Shown: one piece after another, positions 39,680 through 52,551 of the stretch | How positions within the stretch are numbered: position 1 is the first letter of the stretch | Layout: the number at the start of each line of letters is the position of its first letter | NCBI GenBank assembly: GCA_026025075.1 | Contig: JAPEUI010000095.1 | Coordinates: 1-63,774, forward strand | DNA from: Vezdaea acicularis | Lineage: Eukaryota | Reading direction: 5' to 3' | DNA length: 63,774 nucleotides | Position numbers and translations under genes: made by a program | Notes under the pieces: generated by a model | What the model saw: only the letters and a program-made list of their open reading frames with translations | Databases searched by the model: none | Told to the model about the DNA's origin: nothing

Positions 39680-41772
39680 ATGGACTCTCCACGATCAGAG
39701 AAGTCGGATACTCGCTTCAGCACTCCAGCCTCAGAACTGGACGACCACCGCAATCTACCATCGTCCCTCCCTCGAGTACTTACGCTTGGTACTCTCAATG
39801 ACAATCAAGGAGGGCCAAATCCTTCCCGTCGGGGCACGATACGTGCTTCTTTCAACAACGATCGCACCGGCATAGCACCAGACATGTTTCCTCCTTTAGA
39901 TACAAACCAAGAACCTCAATACTTAGCCAGAGACTTTGAGCAGGCGATCGTGGACGATGATACGAGCTTCGCACTCTCAACCCATGGGTTGACTGCTGAG
40001 AGTCCAGTTCATAGGCGCCGCTCTCTAAGCTCAGCTGTGGGGCGTCAAGGGTCTCTTCGAGTTCATAATACCACAGATAGAACAATCAGATCTCGAGCAA
40101 GTTCCTCCTCCTCACGATCTGAGTCTCCACCAAATTCTGTCAAAGCATTCGCCAACCCACGGCTTCGAGAGCGCGCTGGTACTGTTAACAGCAAGGCTCC
40201 ATCTGAGCATGAGTATGGTCCCCAACGAACTATCTCAGGAGGAACCCACCAACGTCGACCAACTTTCTCAGATGGTAACACGAACAACCTAGGTTTAGAT
40301 TCCGATGACTTGGCAAAACAAGGATCTGCAGAGGAGGATGTGTGCTTCCCTCCTTCGGTAGAGGAACAATTAAGACCGAATGAGATAGATTATGAAGTAT
40401 TGGACGAGTTCGTGGTCGAATACGGTAGGGGACGGTCCTCGGCTGCACCAGATCGACGTCGACGCCAGAGTATGAGCTCACAGAGTCGCCTGCCAAATAT
40501 TTTCAAAGATCTTCGCCCCCAGGGTGCTCGCCAAGCTATTCCAAAAATTATTGTTCCAGGGCTTGAGTCTGAGTCGGACAAGGAAGATCAGCTGTCTGGC
40601 TTTGACGAAAAGTGCGATAGTGGCCTCGCTCTCCGCCCGACTATCTCTGCCAGACAGTATAGTCAATATGAACCAGGCAGATTCAGCTTTTTCTCCTCGG
40701 AACTTGATTCTACCATTCTTGCACCTGACCTTGGAGACCTCCTTCTACCGGGTGAATCATTCCACGACCTTTTCGGGAGAGTTCCAGAAGAGGGCGTGTG
40801 GTGGCTCGATGTCCTTGACCCAAACAAAGACGAAATAAATGCTATCTGTAAAGCATTTGGAATTCACCCGCTTACTTGCGAGGATATCAAAACACAAGAA
40901 GCACGCGAGAAAGTGGAGCTGTTCCCAAGGTACTACTTTGTCTGCTTCCGATCGTTTGATCAGCGGGACAAGTCAAGCGAAGACTACATGGAGCCTGTTA
41001 GTGTTTACATTGTCGTCTTCCGTGAAGGTGTTCTCAGCTTTACCTTTACGCCAAACCAGCATGCCGCCAATGTCAGGAAGCGAATCGGAAAGCTTAGAGA
41101 TTATGTGGCACTACATAGCGATTGGATCTGTTACGCTTTGATGTGAGTTCGTTCGCAAGGTTTTTCTGGTTGATAGCACTAACGAATCTTAGTGATGAGA
41201 TTGTGGATCAGTTCGCCCCTGTTATTCACGACATAGAGAAGGAAACGGACTCAATTGAAGATCATGTCTTCATTGCTCGCGCTGATGACTTTGCCGGCTT
41301 GCTTCGTCAAATTGGAGAATGCCGCAAGAAAGTGATGAGCTTGATGCGTCTATTGGGCGGTAAAGCAGACGTGATCAAGGGCTTTGCGAAACGATGCAAC
41401 GAACAATATCCCCAGACGCCTCGTCAAGAGATCGGTCTCTATCTTGGCGATGTTCAGGATCACATTGTGACGATGATGTCCAACCTTTCTCATGCAGAAA
41501 AGATGCTCTCACGCTCCCACTCCAACTACCTCGCTCAAGTGTCTGTGGATGGGATCGCCCAAGGCAACGAAGCCAATCGCATTCTCAGCAAAATCACGCT
41601 CATCGCAACCATTTTAGTCCCGCTCAATCTAATTTGCGGTCTTTTCGGCATGAACGTACCAGTACCCGGACGTCAATCGACAGGTTTGGGTTGGTTCTTT
41701 GGGATCCTTGGCTTCATCGGGGTGATCGTCGCTCTAAGCATGATCGTCGCAAAGAGACTTCGACTTATTTGA
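39680..41772 (+). CDS. ALR1: CorA-family Mg2+ transporter (Alr1-like)
   Basis: WWLDV, FGIHPLTCEDI, REKVELFPRYYFVCFRSF, two C-terminal TM helices with GLFGMNV. Intron ~41143-41191. Confidence 0.9.
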
Positions 41773-42347
41773 GTGATTTGTACGAGTTTCAGGACATACA
41801 TAATCGCGTTCGCTCAATGGTCCGCTGAGCAGGCTTGGGGCTTCTACCGCCATGTAGATGTTGCTGAATCAGTAAGGCACTGAGATAAGATGGTAGAGGA
41901 TGGGTTAGAGGATGAATGTAGGGAGAGTGGAGCGTTACGATCTGACGGTTACGATGCGCTTGAATTTCTTGCTCTGGTACTTAGTTTCACATGGCTTAAT
42001 AGACGGTCTCTCCTGATATCACTTTGTGCTCATGCGCTGCGCATTTTGAACCATATATCAGTGCGATGGATGTGAACTAGCCACATCCACTGCAGATTCT
42101 GGGCCCCCTGAGGCTTGGCCAGAGCCATGTTCATCTCGTGCTTCATAAGCCAGTGGTCCTCTCCCCCTTTGTTGCTTCCTGCCTTCAGTCACTTTGCCCT
42201 GGATCTCTCTGGCCCAGATTTCCTTTCTACAAAAATTCTCCGTTTGTACCCCCAACCCACCGAGCACTTCTCAAGCACCACGAATTCCTCCTCTACTCCC
42301 CTCCTGAACTATTGCCTCTTCATCTCGATGTCCCGCCCTTGCTCCTT

Positions 42348-43667
42348 TCACCTTCGCTCCCTTCTCGATCCCTCATCCACTCCCCCCGCTTTATTCCCAA
42401 AGCTCAGCACCTTCGTCGCATACGGCCGCACCTCCACCCCCCTCAACCTTTGCACATACTCCTCATCAACCACATCCTCCCGCCCATCCTGCACCCTCCC
42501 AATCTCCACCACGCCCCTAACCGCCAACCCACCACCGGGCCCCTCGCACCAAACCTCCCACCCCTCCATCCCTCCCTTCTCATCCTCCTTCACGCGGCGC
42601 GCACAAACGCGCAACTCTTCCCCCACATATAGTGGTGCTAGGTTGCGGTACTCCACCCGGGTTATCATCCACTCGTTCTTGCCTTTGAGGCGGATGACGC
42701 GTTCTTGGATGAGTGTGAGCATGAGGGTGAGGAGTAAAGGCCCGTGGACGAGGAGGTTGCGGTGGCCTTCGGACAGGCAGTAGGCGGGGGAGAGGTGGAT
42801 GGCGTGCGCGTTGTAGGTTAGGGCGCTGTACCGGAAGAGGAGGGAGGGTGTTGGGAGGAGGGTGTGGGATAGGCTTGGGGCGTGGGGTGCTGGGGGTTTG
42901 AGAGGTGTTAGCTGGGATGTAATGGATATTTCTGGCCAGGGCGGATTTTAAAGAGGAATATGCTTACCTTTCACGGGTCTTCTCACTCCCCCCCTGCCCT
43001 CTACCTCGCCCTGGCTGTGTGCCGCTTTCGCGCGCATGAACACCAACTCGCGCCTCTCCTCGAGTATGTTGCTGCGTAACCCCGCTTGCACGATACTCCG
43101 GATGGTACTATCCTTCGTCCCCGTCTTCCAGCTCCACGGCAGCATCTGCCTGTCAATGGTGACAAACACCTTCTCCTCGCCGTCCCTCCCGCCTTGCTCC
43201 GCCCCGCCCTTAACCCTCACATCCACGATCCGCTCGACCATCACGACTCTCCGCCCATCAGCCCTAACCCCGCGCGAAGGCGGATGAAACCGAATACTCC
43301 CACCAGCCCACAAGCGCCTTGTCCACGACGGGCCGGGAGAGGTTGCGGGATCCGTGCTATCTGGCAGGAGACTGTCCAGCGAGAGGGGCGGCGGGAAGTA
43401 GACGAGGTGGTGACCTGGGGGTAGAGGGGGTTGTTCGGTGGGAAAGAGCGGGAGGCGGCGCGGTGCGCTGGTGGGGAGGAAGCTGCAGAGGGTTTTGGAG
43501 AGGAGGTAGGAGGGTGTGGGGGAGAGGGTGTCGCGGAGGATGGGGAGGGGCCGTTGGAGGAGCTCGGTGGAGAGCTGGGATGCGAGGGTTGAGGAGGGTC
43601 GGTGGGGTGGGAGGGGGCAAGGGTGGCAGAGAAGGCATGATTGGGGGCGTATGCGGGGCCGTGGCAT
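42348..43667 (-). CDS. HTD2: Mitochondrial hydroxyacyl-thioester dehydratase type 2 (hot-dog fold)
   Basis: LPPGHHLVYF, RRLWAGGSIRF, and after intron ~42890-42967 LLFRYSALTYNAHAIHL...EGHRNLLVHGPL. The C-terminal end is uncertain. Confidence 0.8.
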
Positions 43668-43930
43668 TGCGTGGAATGTCAATTGAGGGGTTGAGGTGGG
43701 CGAATGAGTGGGAGGTGTATTGACAAAGACATTTCGCGGGAGATCCGCGGGTTTATTTGGAGCTCTCTCGGTAAAGCCTCGGAGGTGCTCACGAACGCCG
43801 CAACTTGTTTGCACATGTTTGCAGGTCGTTTTCTTCGACGTAGAACAAAACGCAGTACATATGTACTGTACGCATTGGCCTTTCAAAATATTCTACAATT
43901 TATAGCCGTACTTCCAATCTGCGTATGCAG

Positions 43931-45038
43931 CTATATCCTCTTCGCCGTATGATCCTCCCAGCTCCCCAACCACCGCCATTTCTCCGTGAAATCGAATAGA
44001 CCCGTCAGAGCCTTCGCCATCACTTCCTGCTGGCCATTGAACCCGGCGCTTTGGAAGAACTCCACGAAGAAGATGTAGTGCCACGGCCTGACGCGGCTGG
44101 GCCTCGAATTGATGCTGGTCAGGTTGAGACCGTGCTCTCTGAAGACCAGCAGCACGTCAGCTAGTGCGCCAGGCGCCCGATGGTCGACTGTAAAGGAGAC
44201 GAGGGTTTTGAGTGATGCGAGCCGGTCAGGCCTAGGTAGCAGGACTTCACCTAGGGATATGCCTTTTTGTATGATGAGGAATCGGGTGGTGTTGTCCTCG
44301 CGGTCTTCTATGCCTTCGTCTAGCACTCCGAGGTTGTGAACATCCGCTGCAATTCTGCTCGCGATGGCGGCGCTGGTCCTAGATTTGTCCATGGCCACTA
44401 ATTCTGCTGCCTTTGATGTGCTTGAGACCTCATGTCTCTCTACGCCTCTTAAGTGTGCTTGTAGATAGATTTCGCATTGTCCGAACGCTTGGGGGTGCGA
44501 GTATAGGCGTTTGATATGGCGAAGGCCGGGGGGTCTCGCATTATAAAGTGGGTCCTCATGGATACCTAAGCCAACATTGACATCTGATTGAACTGACGCA
44601 GGGTATCCGAGAAGGTGGTGGTGTACGTCCAGGTATGCCTCGCCGCAGACAGAAATATCTGGATACGCATTGGTTCGATCGGCGAAGAGATCGAGCGTAT
44701 AGACCACGGAGCCATTCGTCGAGTTCTCGAAGGGAACGACCCCGCGCTCCACCCTGCCCGACTGGACAGCTTCAAAGATATCTAGTCAAGTATTAGTCCC
44801 GAGAATTAGAATATTCGGCGGACTTTCACCTTGGATAGTGATTTGCGGTTGGAATATGTACTCGGCCTGATCGAAGCATTCTAAAGCAGCCTGTGCAGAA
44901 TCAGTACGCAGCGTGCAAGGGGCACAGCAGCGTGAAGGATCGACGGCGCGATCTCGCAGCCGAGCTGGCGGGACGCACTTGATGAGAGTATGAGGATCTC
45001 GGCCCCAGGTACGCCACTGAAGGTTGTTGCCGCGCCAT
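43931..45038 (-). CDS. PHA2: Prephenate dehydratase
   Basis: Three exons. VAYLGPRSSYSHQA, GVVPFENSTNGSV, SHPQAFGQC, NTTRF, ACT domain PGALADVL...LNLTSINSRPS. Confidence 0.95.
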
Positions 45039-45640
45039 ATCGACAGCCTTATCACCGAAGCTCCGTTGAATGTAGCAAAAGTGAGTCCACAATCGACGTA
45101 AAACACGACACCATCATGGACGAGAGACACCCTTTATTCACTCTGTCGTCCTCGACACATGGCCGCCATGAAGCGACATTTCTCGGTGGTCTGAGCGATA
45201 TCGGTCTTGCAACCCTCGTCGTTTGTCTGGATTGGGAAGGTGATTGGGATTAGTCGCGAGACAATTCAACGACAAGATCCTGCAACACTAAGCGTTACTT
45301 TGGTGTAGTTTCACCGCAATGACTGTATAGATCACGCTCTGAAATGTGGGATCATTATTAAATGTATGCCTGAACTGGCTCAACTTTGACAATCACATTA
45401 TAGAAGCCTCGAGACGTCTAAGTTGCGAGACTACGGGTTCTTTACTGTAAACTATTAATTTCATCGACATGAATTTGCTAAAGCTAATAACGCTATCCAT
45501 AACGCCTAAGCATGTGGCTGCAGAGTGGTGAATGCAGAGCGGTATAGCACGAAAAGGTCTCTTTAGAAAATCTAGGATGCAAAGTTTCCCATGCCGGTGA
45601 TTCCCAAAAAATGCGATGCCATGAGCTAACCTCGAAGTCA

Positions 45641-48037
45641 TCAGTCTGCTCCATTCAACCATGGCAAATTCCAGCTTCGTAGCAGCTCGCCGGCCGATCC
45701 CCAATTTCGAATGAGCCAGACAAAGACTGCACTGCTGCCGAAAAGGCCGACGAATTGGAGTGCAAGCCACCCCTTTTCCTTGAAGTGAGAATTCCACTTG
45801 ATGATGCCGAGCGGATCTTGTTGACTGACGCGAGCCATGGACTGAAACCCAGATTCTCCTGCAATACAGCCGTTGTCCTTTGTTTTGACCAATGCCTTAT
45901 TTTCGCAGGAGCGGACAGGAACCAGGCTCCCATCGGCCACGCACTCTCCTAGTCTTTCCGTCAGCCATAAGGCTCTTTCGCCCTTGGCAAGCGTCTCATA
46001 GCGCTCTTTCTCGTTCTGAAGGCTTCTCTGCAGATCGGTAGCCCATTTTGCCAACCGTACTTGAGCATACCTCTCCTCACGCTGAGTGTGATCCGTTATC
46101 CTGGCTAAAGCAAAAGAGGTGGGAGATGGTCGAGAGCTGGAGCTGATCGCTGACGAGGCTGATGAGCCTAATTGATTTCTGGTGAGCGCGGCAGCTGCAG
46201 AAGCACCCTGCGAACGAACACCATGCCCAGCAAATGAACCTGAAGTATTTGTCTTGCGCCACTTGACGAATTTCTTAGCTGTAGTGTGACGCAGCTGTGC
46301 TATGGAGTCATCCTTGAAGAGGAATTCTACCAAGTCTGTAAGCTCAGATGCAACTAGAGGCTGAATATAATCAGGACTCATGAGCAAGCTAGCGTCCATT
46401 ATATCCGCGTCATCTGATGTTGCTGAAGACACGGCGAAAGGGACGATAACTTTATCGAGCTTTTCATGCGCGGGAAATATGAGAGGATGTATGTTGCTGA
46501 GGTTCGCGGACTGTAAATCCGTAGATATTGATGATTTGAAGTCTGAAACTTGATCTTCAGTGAGTTCGTCTGCCTTGGCAAGAACGGGAATAATGTTTGC
46601 CAATGGGGCTAGACGCCGCATATATTCGAGATCAGTGGGCTTTACACCTGTAACCACAGTTTAGCAAGAACTAAGGGACATGTCAAAGGGTTCGAGTCAG
46701 GCACTTCAAGTTAAGCCCTAACTCATCATGGAGGCAGCTAAATGCATGGATCATACCTTCTTTGATGACGTAGAAGACGCTATCGACTAACAATCCACCA
46801 CTTCCGCCGAGTAGGTTGAGTATCTCCCCATCATTCATGCAATCCAAGGATAAGTTTTCAAATTGAGACTCCAAATATGCGATCACGGATTCAATGTTTT
46901 TATGAGGCGACTTTTCCGCCTTATACCCAGGAGTGTCCACAAAGCAGAGATTCCTTTCTAACACAGTGCCACCCAAGCTCTTACGGCGTCTCCGGAGTTT
47001 CACATCCTCAACATCTGACCACCATGGAGGATATGGCTTGGTGCTTGCGTAAACTTCGGTGATCTGCCTTGTGCTTGTGTAGTCCTTTCCGTCAGCAGGA
47101 TGATCTTGGCGTTTCGATTTTTTGACTCGATGAGATTGTATGTGTGGGGGAGTAGAGGACACTGGATCGACATGAACGATATGCATGCATGTTTGAACGA
47201 TGGATTTGATCAGAGAAGTCTTGCCAGTACCTTTTATGCAAGTCAGTCGACCATCCACTACTTCAAGGTAGAGAGATACATACCAGAATCCCCTGCTATC
47301 AGAATCTTCAATCGACCCATGCTCTTACCCCTGTCCGTGAACGGCCTACGACTTGGCATCTTGATACTAGGCATTATGAGCTGAGGAGCGCTATCTTGAA
47401 TCTCACTAGGCATCTCTTCATCCTCCTCCCCACTGGACATGATTGCCTGACTTCCTCCCTCATCCACAGCAGAGTCTGAATCCGAATGTCGCAAGGACCG
47501 CATTGCCAAAGACTTTGGACTCCCAGGTGCGGAAGAGCCAGGAGCTGGAGATGCAAGAAAGACAGGTGTGAGTGGTCGAGAGATCGAAGACTGAGAGAAT
47601 CGTCGAGCGGAAGGCTGGATCGAAGGAGGCTCGCTGGGATCGGTCGTCAATACCTGCGAAGCTTGTGGAGCATGATTCGTAATGTTTCCAGACGAACTCC
47701 CAGATCCTCGAGAGGAGTGCCGTTTGAAGCTCTCTGTCCTCAAAGGTCGCTTGTCTTCGACTTTGGACGCGTCCTCACTCTGATTCTCGAAGGAACTGGT
47801 CGTGCTCTCTGTAAAGCTCTCAATACCATATTGGCTATCTTTATTCGATCTTGTAGATCGGCTTAATGTCTGTGGCTGATGGGATGAGCTTTCCAACGCG
47901 CTTTCGCTGGTCATAAAGTACGTTATCTGCGGCCCCTGGGCGGGACCACCGAACGAGGGTGCAGAGCATGGAGAGTTTCCTGTGATGCTCGAGGTGCGAG
48001 ACCTACCAGCAAGGATGTCCCCCGCAGTAGGCCTCAT
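45641..48037 (-). CDS. Septin-like P-loop GTPase with C-terminal hydrophobic segment
   Basis: Three exons. G1 GDSGTGKTS (across an intron), G3 FVDTPG, G4 PVLAKAD, coiled coil, then WLALQFVGLFGSSAVFVWLI. Confidence 0.75.
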
Positions 48038-48921
48038 GACTGCAGAATGATGCCAAACGAAAGTTGTAGGGACTATGAGAAGTTATCTGGCCAGAAGGGA
48101 GCGTAGTATTGCAGTGTCAGCCGGTTGAGTTGTAGATGTACCCCACCATCATCCCACTCGCTAAGAGCTCCTGCTCTGGCGCGTTAGCCTCGAACGCCTC
48201 ACCCCTGGTACTGAAATAGTCACTCTCAAAAACATGTCCCTAAAGATCTTTTCATGCAAAATTTACATTCTCATTATTTGTTGTACAAGAAATTGAAGTT
48301 CTTAGACATGAACACTCAATCATCAACCTAAGTAAAAGCGCTGCTCAGGCAGGTACTCAGACAATCCTCAGGAGAGATTCTCAATGGATAGACAAACATC
48401 GAAAAGAGCCCTACCCCAGCAGTATCCGCCTCTGAGAACATCGATCGCACTGAAGATCACAACTCGTCTCGACCCGCAAGAGCTTTTCCCCTAGCCAATA
48501 GAAGTAGCAGATAATTCAGAAAGACGCTATTGGCAATGCATAAGATAGCCCAAAACCAAGCCCAGATAAGTCCATGAAGTCGATCAGAAAATGCGAGCAA
48601 GATTGGGAAAAGGGAGCATCATCCATGGTTATCGTCGCATCGATTGAGGTGTCGCTGCGTGATGCAAAAGGAAAAGTAGTGGCAGGTCGAATTTCATCGC
48701 TCTCCACGAGACCTGTCCGAGGGGCTAGGCGCGGAATGCGGGTAGAATACAGTACAAACACTTTGTAAGAGAGAGATTCGTTCGTAATATGGTATATGCT
48801 GCTTGTGATAGAAGCAATCTTAGATATTACAGCCTGGGATTAATCCATAGCTTTTTAATGGACGCGCTGTAGCTTGTCGCAACGGCCGTGGCGATCCTTT
48901 CAGAGTGGTCGATGGTTTGGC

Positions 48922-50778
48922 CTATGACTCGTGGGGACCTCCACGACCCCTGGCAGTGACATTGCCGCCTCTGCCACGAGTACTATAACCCGCTCCACCA
49001 ACACTCTTCTGATAGCCACCACGCCCGCCCCTACCACCTCTTCCTTGTCCGTAACCCTGTGGGCCATAAGCAGTTGATCGAGGACGCCGCTCTTCAACGT
49101 AGATAGCCTCACCACCAATATGGTGAGGGTTAGCTGCAACAGCAGCGTTATAGCCAGCAGTCGTTGCAAACTCAACGAATGCACAATTCTAATTCATGAA
49201 GTTAGGACGAGGACAGAAAGGTCTTTGGTTTGAATAGGGTCCCGCATACCTTTGGCCGACTAATGTCAAAGTAGGCCAGCTCCCCAAACTTGCTGAGCGC
49301 ATTCTTGAGTTCCTCCCGATCCACCTTTTCTGTAACATACTTGACATACGCCATGACGTTCCCTTTCTCGGAGATGGAAAGAGGTCGAGATTGCTTCTTC
49401 GCATGTTCGTTGCCAGCCGTCTCCCAGCCAGGGTTTTGATTGGAACTCTGCTGAGGTTGAGTTGGAGTCGAGCTGCTATCCAAAGGTTGAGATTGTGGAG
49501 GGGTAGCCCTCGGCCGTGATGAGGCTGGCGATATTGAGGGAGGAGGTGCTGATTCTGACGCTGGCTTGAGTTGGGGAGCGGCAACTAGACTGGCCCAAGA
49601 CTTTGGTACTTGTGGCTTAGCAACGATAGGCGGCTGATTCTGTTTCTCTGGCACTACAGGAGGCGGGGAAATAGCCGGAGTTGGCTCAGGATCCTTAGGC
49701 TTCTCTGGCGTTTCCTCTTCAGCTGCAACGGCAGCGACAGCTTCCTCATGGGACAAAACGTCAGCTTCAGCTTGGCCACCAGATGAGATATCTTCCTGCT
49801 GGGCTGGAATCTGAGCCACCTCTTCGGTGCTCCCAGCGACGCCATTCGTCTTTGGTGTTGAAACACTTCCATCTTCTATGGTGTCTGGGACTTTCACGTG
49901 CTCAGGAGCTTTCTCTTCGAGCTTCTTGTTGACCAATTCGGCATCACGTTGCTGTTCGGCAGGGTCGTCTGAGCTCGTAAGAGCCTTGGCTTGCTTGGGG
50001 GCAGCATGTCCAGAGTCAAGACTGGTCTCGTGCGCTTTGCTTGGCTCCGGTTCAGGTTCAGCGGGCTCTTCCTCTTCAATCTCGTCGTCAAGGTAACGGA
50101 AGATATCATTGAGAACAAACCATCCATTCGGCTGTCGGGCAAGTATAAAGGTCTGGACAAATTTACGATATGGGCGTGATCTATTTGAAAGTTCTCCAAT
50201 TGCCTGTATCAGAATGTTGCTGAAGGACGGTTGAAAATCTACGTTCGTGACCCGGACCTTGCAATCCTCAAGATCGAGTTCTTTGATGCGCGCCGCGATG
50301 TCCTGACCTCTGTTAGCAAAGATACACTAAGAGAGCAGTATTATATTAACTTACAGCACGTCCAACGGAGATGTTAACTTTTTCAGCCTCTTCGCCAAAG
50401 ACGAACTGAGATTTTTTAAAGTAAAATAACTTCTGGTGTCTCAGCAATTGCAATAATCTAGCATCTAAAGTGTAGACTCCTAGCTTGGTCATGACTTACA
50501 TGTAAGTTTTCAGGCTGGCGACCTAGGGTCAGGTAGTATCTCTTGATGAATGCCCAAGTCACCTCCTCATTTGGAATGTCTGTTGGGGGCTCATTTCCAG
50601 CAGTCGACTCAGCTACAGTGGAGGCCTGCGAGCCAGCATTGCTAGGAGTAGGCCCATTATGCCCAGTTGTTGCCCCTTGTGTAGGAGGTGACATCTGGGG
50701 CTCGGGATTACCGCGATGTTGACTGTTTGGGCCATGATTGCCGTTGACCACTGGCGGCATCTGCTCTATAGTTGCCAT
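48922..50778 (-). CDS. NTF2-RRM-RGG protein (G3BP/Bre5/Nxt3-like)
   Basis: NTF2 domain (WAFIKRYY...KFVQTFILA...VLNDIFRYL), KSWASLVA, RRM (NCAFVEF...VEERR), RGG tail. Three introns; TAG at 48922-48924. Confidence 0.9.
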
Positions 50779-52096
50779 GATTTAGGTGATATGAATTGGG
50801 TTATTTAGGGTATCGAGTATTTATCTCGTGAGTTTCTGAAGAGTAAGATCTAAGGCCGAGGCTTGGTTAGATATGTGGTTTAGATGGAAGCTTTGAGCGA
50901 ACCTTAGGTAGGCTTCTGCGAAAGAAAATGCAGGCGAGCGCGTGAACTTTTTGGTGAATGATGCGAACGCAAACTCCTACAAAGGAGGGATTTTGAACAA
51001 TGCCGCTACGAATGTGTCGCCCGTCCTAGATTCTCTGATACGTTTAGTAGTGCCGTAGAGGATTCTGGTCTGATGCCTTGGCTAATAGCGCGAGATATCT
51101 ATGGGGGAAAATGGTACGGGTAGGTGATCTAGGCGAGGGTGAAGCCAATAGGAGAAGAGTAAGGCTTAAGCTGAAGACTGGAAGGGTATTGAGTGGTGAC
51201 TGGAGGCGAAAGGGTTCAGATGTGAGGAGTTGTGCCGGCGCAGGTCGGTGGTGCTGGTTTACTGGTTGAATGGTGGATCTCGGAAAATATTTGGTTAGAC
51301 TCGGCTGTCTAGTGGCCTCCACTAACAAATGCGATTACCCGTCAGTTGTACCTGCAATCACGTGCCGTAACGACCGAAGAAACCCATGCGCAAGCTGATG
51401 CAATTTGGGATGAAATCTGATTTTGTGACTCTCTATATTGACTCTGCTGCAGACATACATCCAGATCACGTGGATAGAGATAGCGATCCCGCCTTTACGC
51501 CTGGGCAGCACAATTCTATATTGACGCTGTGTAAATTGGCAATGAAATGGCTCAAACTGGTCTTCAATTCACAGGTCTTAAAGCCGTACCCTTATGTGGA
51601 ATGAAATAGCGGCAGTGTAAGTATGATTACTGTGAAAAGAGAGCCCAGCTACTATTCGTGGGAAAAGCGAGGCTCGAGCACTTCTCCCTCTGAACGATAT
51701 TCCTGAACAACTTGCTTGATGAGAAGTTACGTCTAGCTGGCTAAGCTTAGGTTGTTGATAAGGTGAAAATGAGCTAAATTGCGTCGACTGTGCTGAAGTA
51801 TCGACGTCAGATACTACGCAGCGTTGAGGCCTTATGTACGTAGCTGAGTAAAGCGAGCGCAGTAAAGTCATATGAGATGCGCCGAGCGATAGGCGTGGGT
51901 AAAAGCAGAAGAAGTGCATCAGTCATGAGAAGATAAAGACAATTCGATTCCAATCCAGACTCGTCCTCGTGTGCCCGACGTCGTCCAAGCTATGTCACGC
52001 TCGCCACTAACCCCCCGACTCCGACGCCGCGTATTAAGAAAGGTACAGCAGAATGCTGTGCAGACCAGTATGTAAGGCAGTCAGTCGAGAGATCGA

Positions 52097-52551
52097 TTAT
52101 TTCGCTGCGACCTTCTCGCTCATGACCTTTGGTCGGAAGACTGCGTCTTGTCCTGTCATCCTCCTTCCCAACGCTCGCTCCAACTTCGCTCCTAAGGCTA
52201 GCTTGCTAAGGTTCTCGCTCTTCTCTTTGGTCGGGATGAACCGTTGCTGTTGAAGACGTTTGCTTTCGAGTCGCTCAAGACCTTCAGTCAGGTCTTTGAT
52301 CTCGGACATGCGGGGGTCATTCGAGGAAGCGGTCGTTGTCACGGTGCGCTCAGAGTAAGCAACAGAGGGCGTGACGGAGTAGGTTGAGAACCGCTGGGAG
52401 GCCCGCTTGGCCGACGAAGCCTGAGAGAAATGTTAGCCTGGAATCAAAAGATTGGTGTGAGCCAGGGGCTGGTGATGTTCGCGTTAGTATGGGCGGAATG
52501 GAGGCTTACAGCATCAAGTATCGGCCGTGATGATTCGAGTGATCGACCCAT
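52097..52551 (-). CDS. Small hypothetical protein (~121 aa)
   Basis: Exon 1 MGRSLESSRPILDA, intron GTAAGC...CTAAC...CAG (~52421-52509), in-frame exon 2 with LQQQRFIP...LSKLALGAKLERALGRRMTGQDA. Confidence 0.75.
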
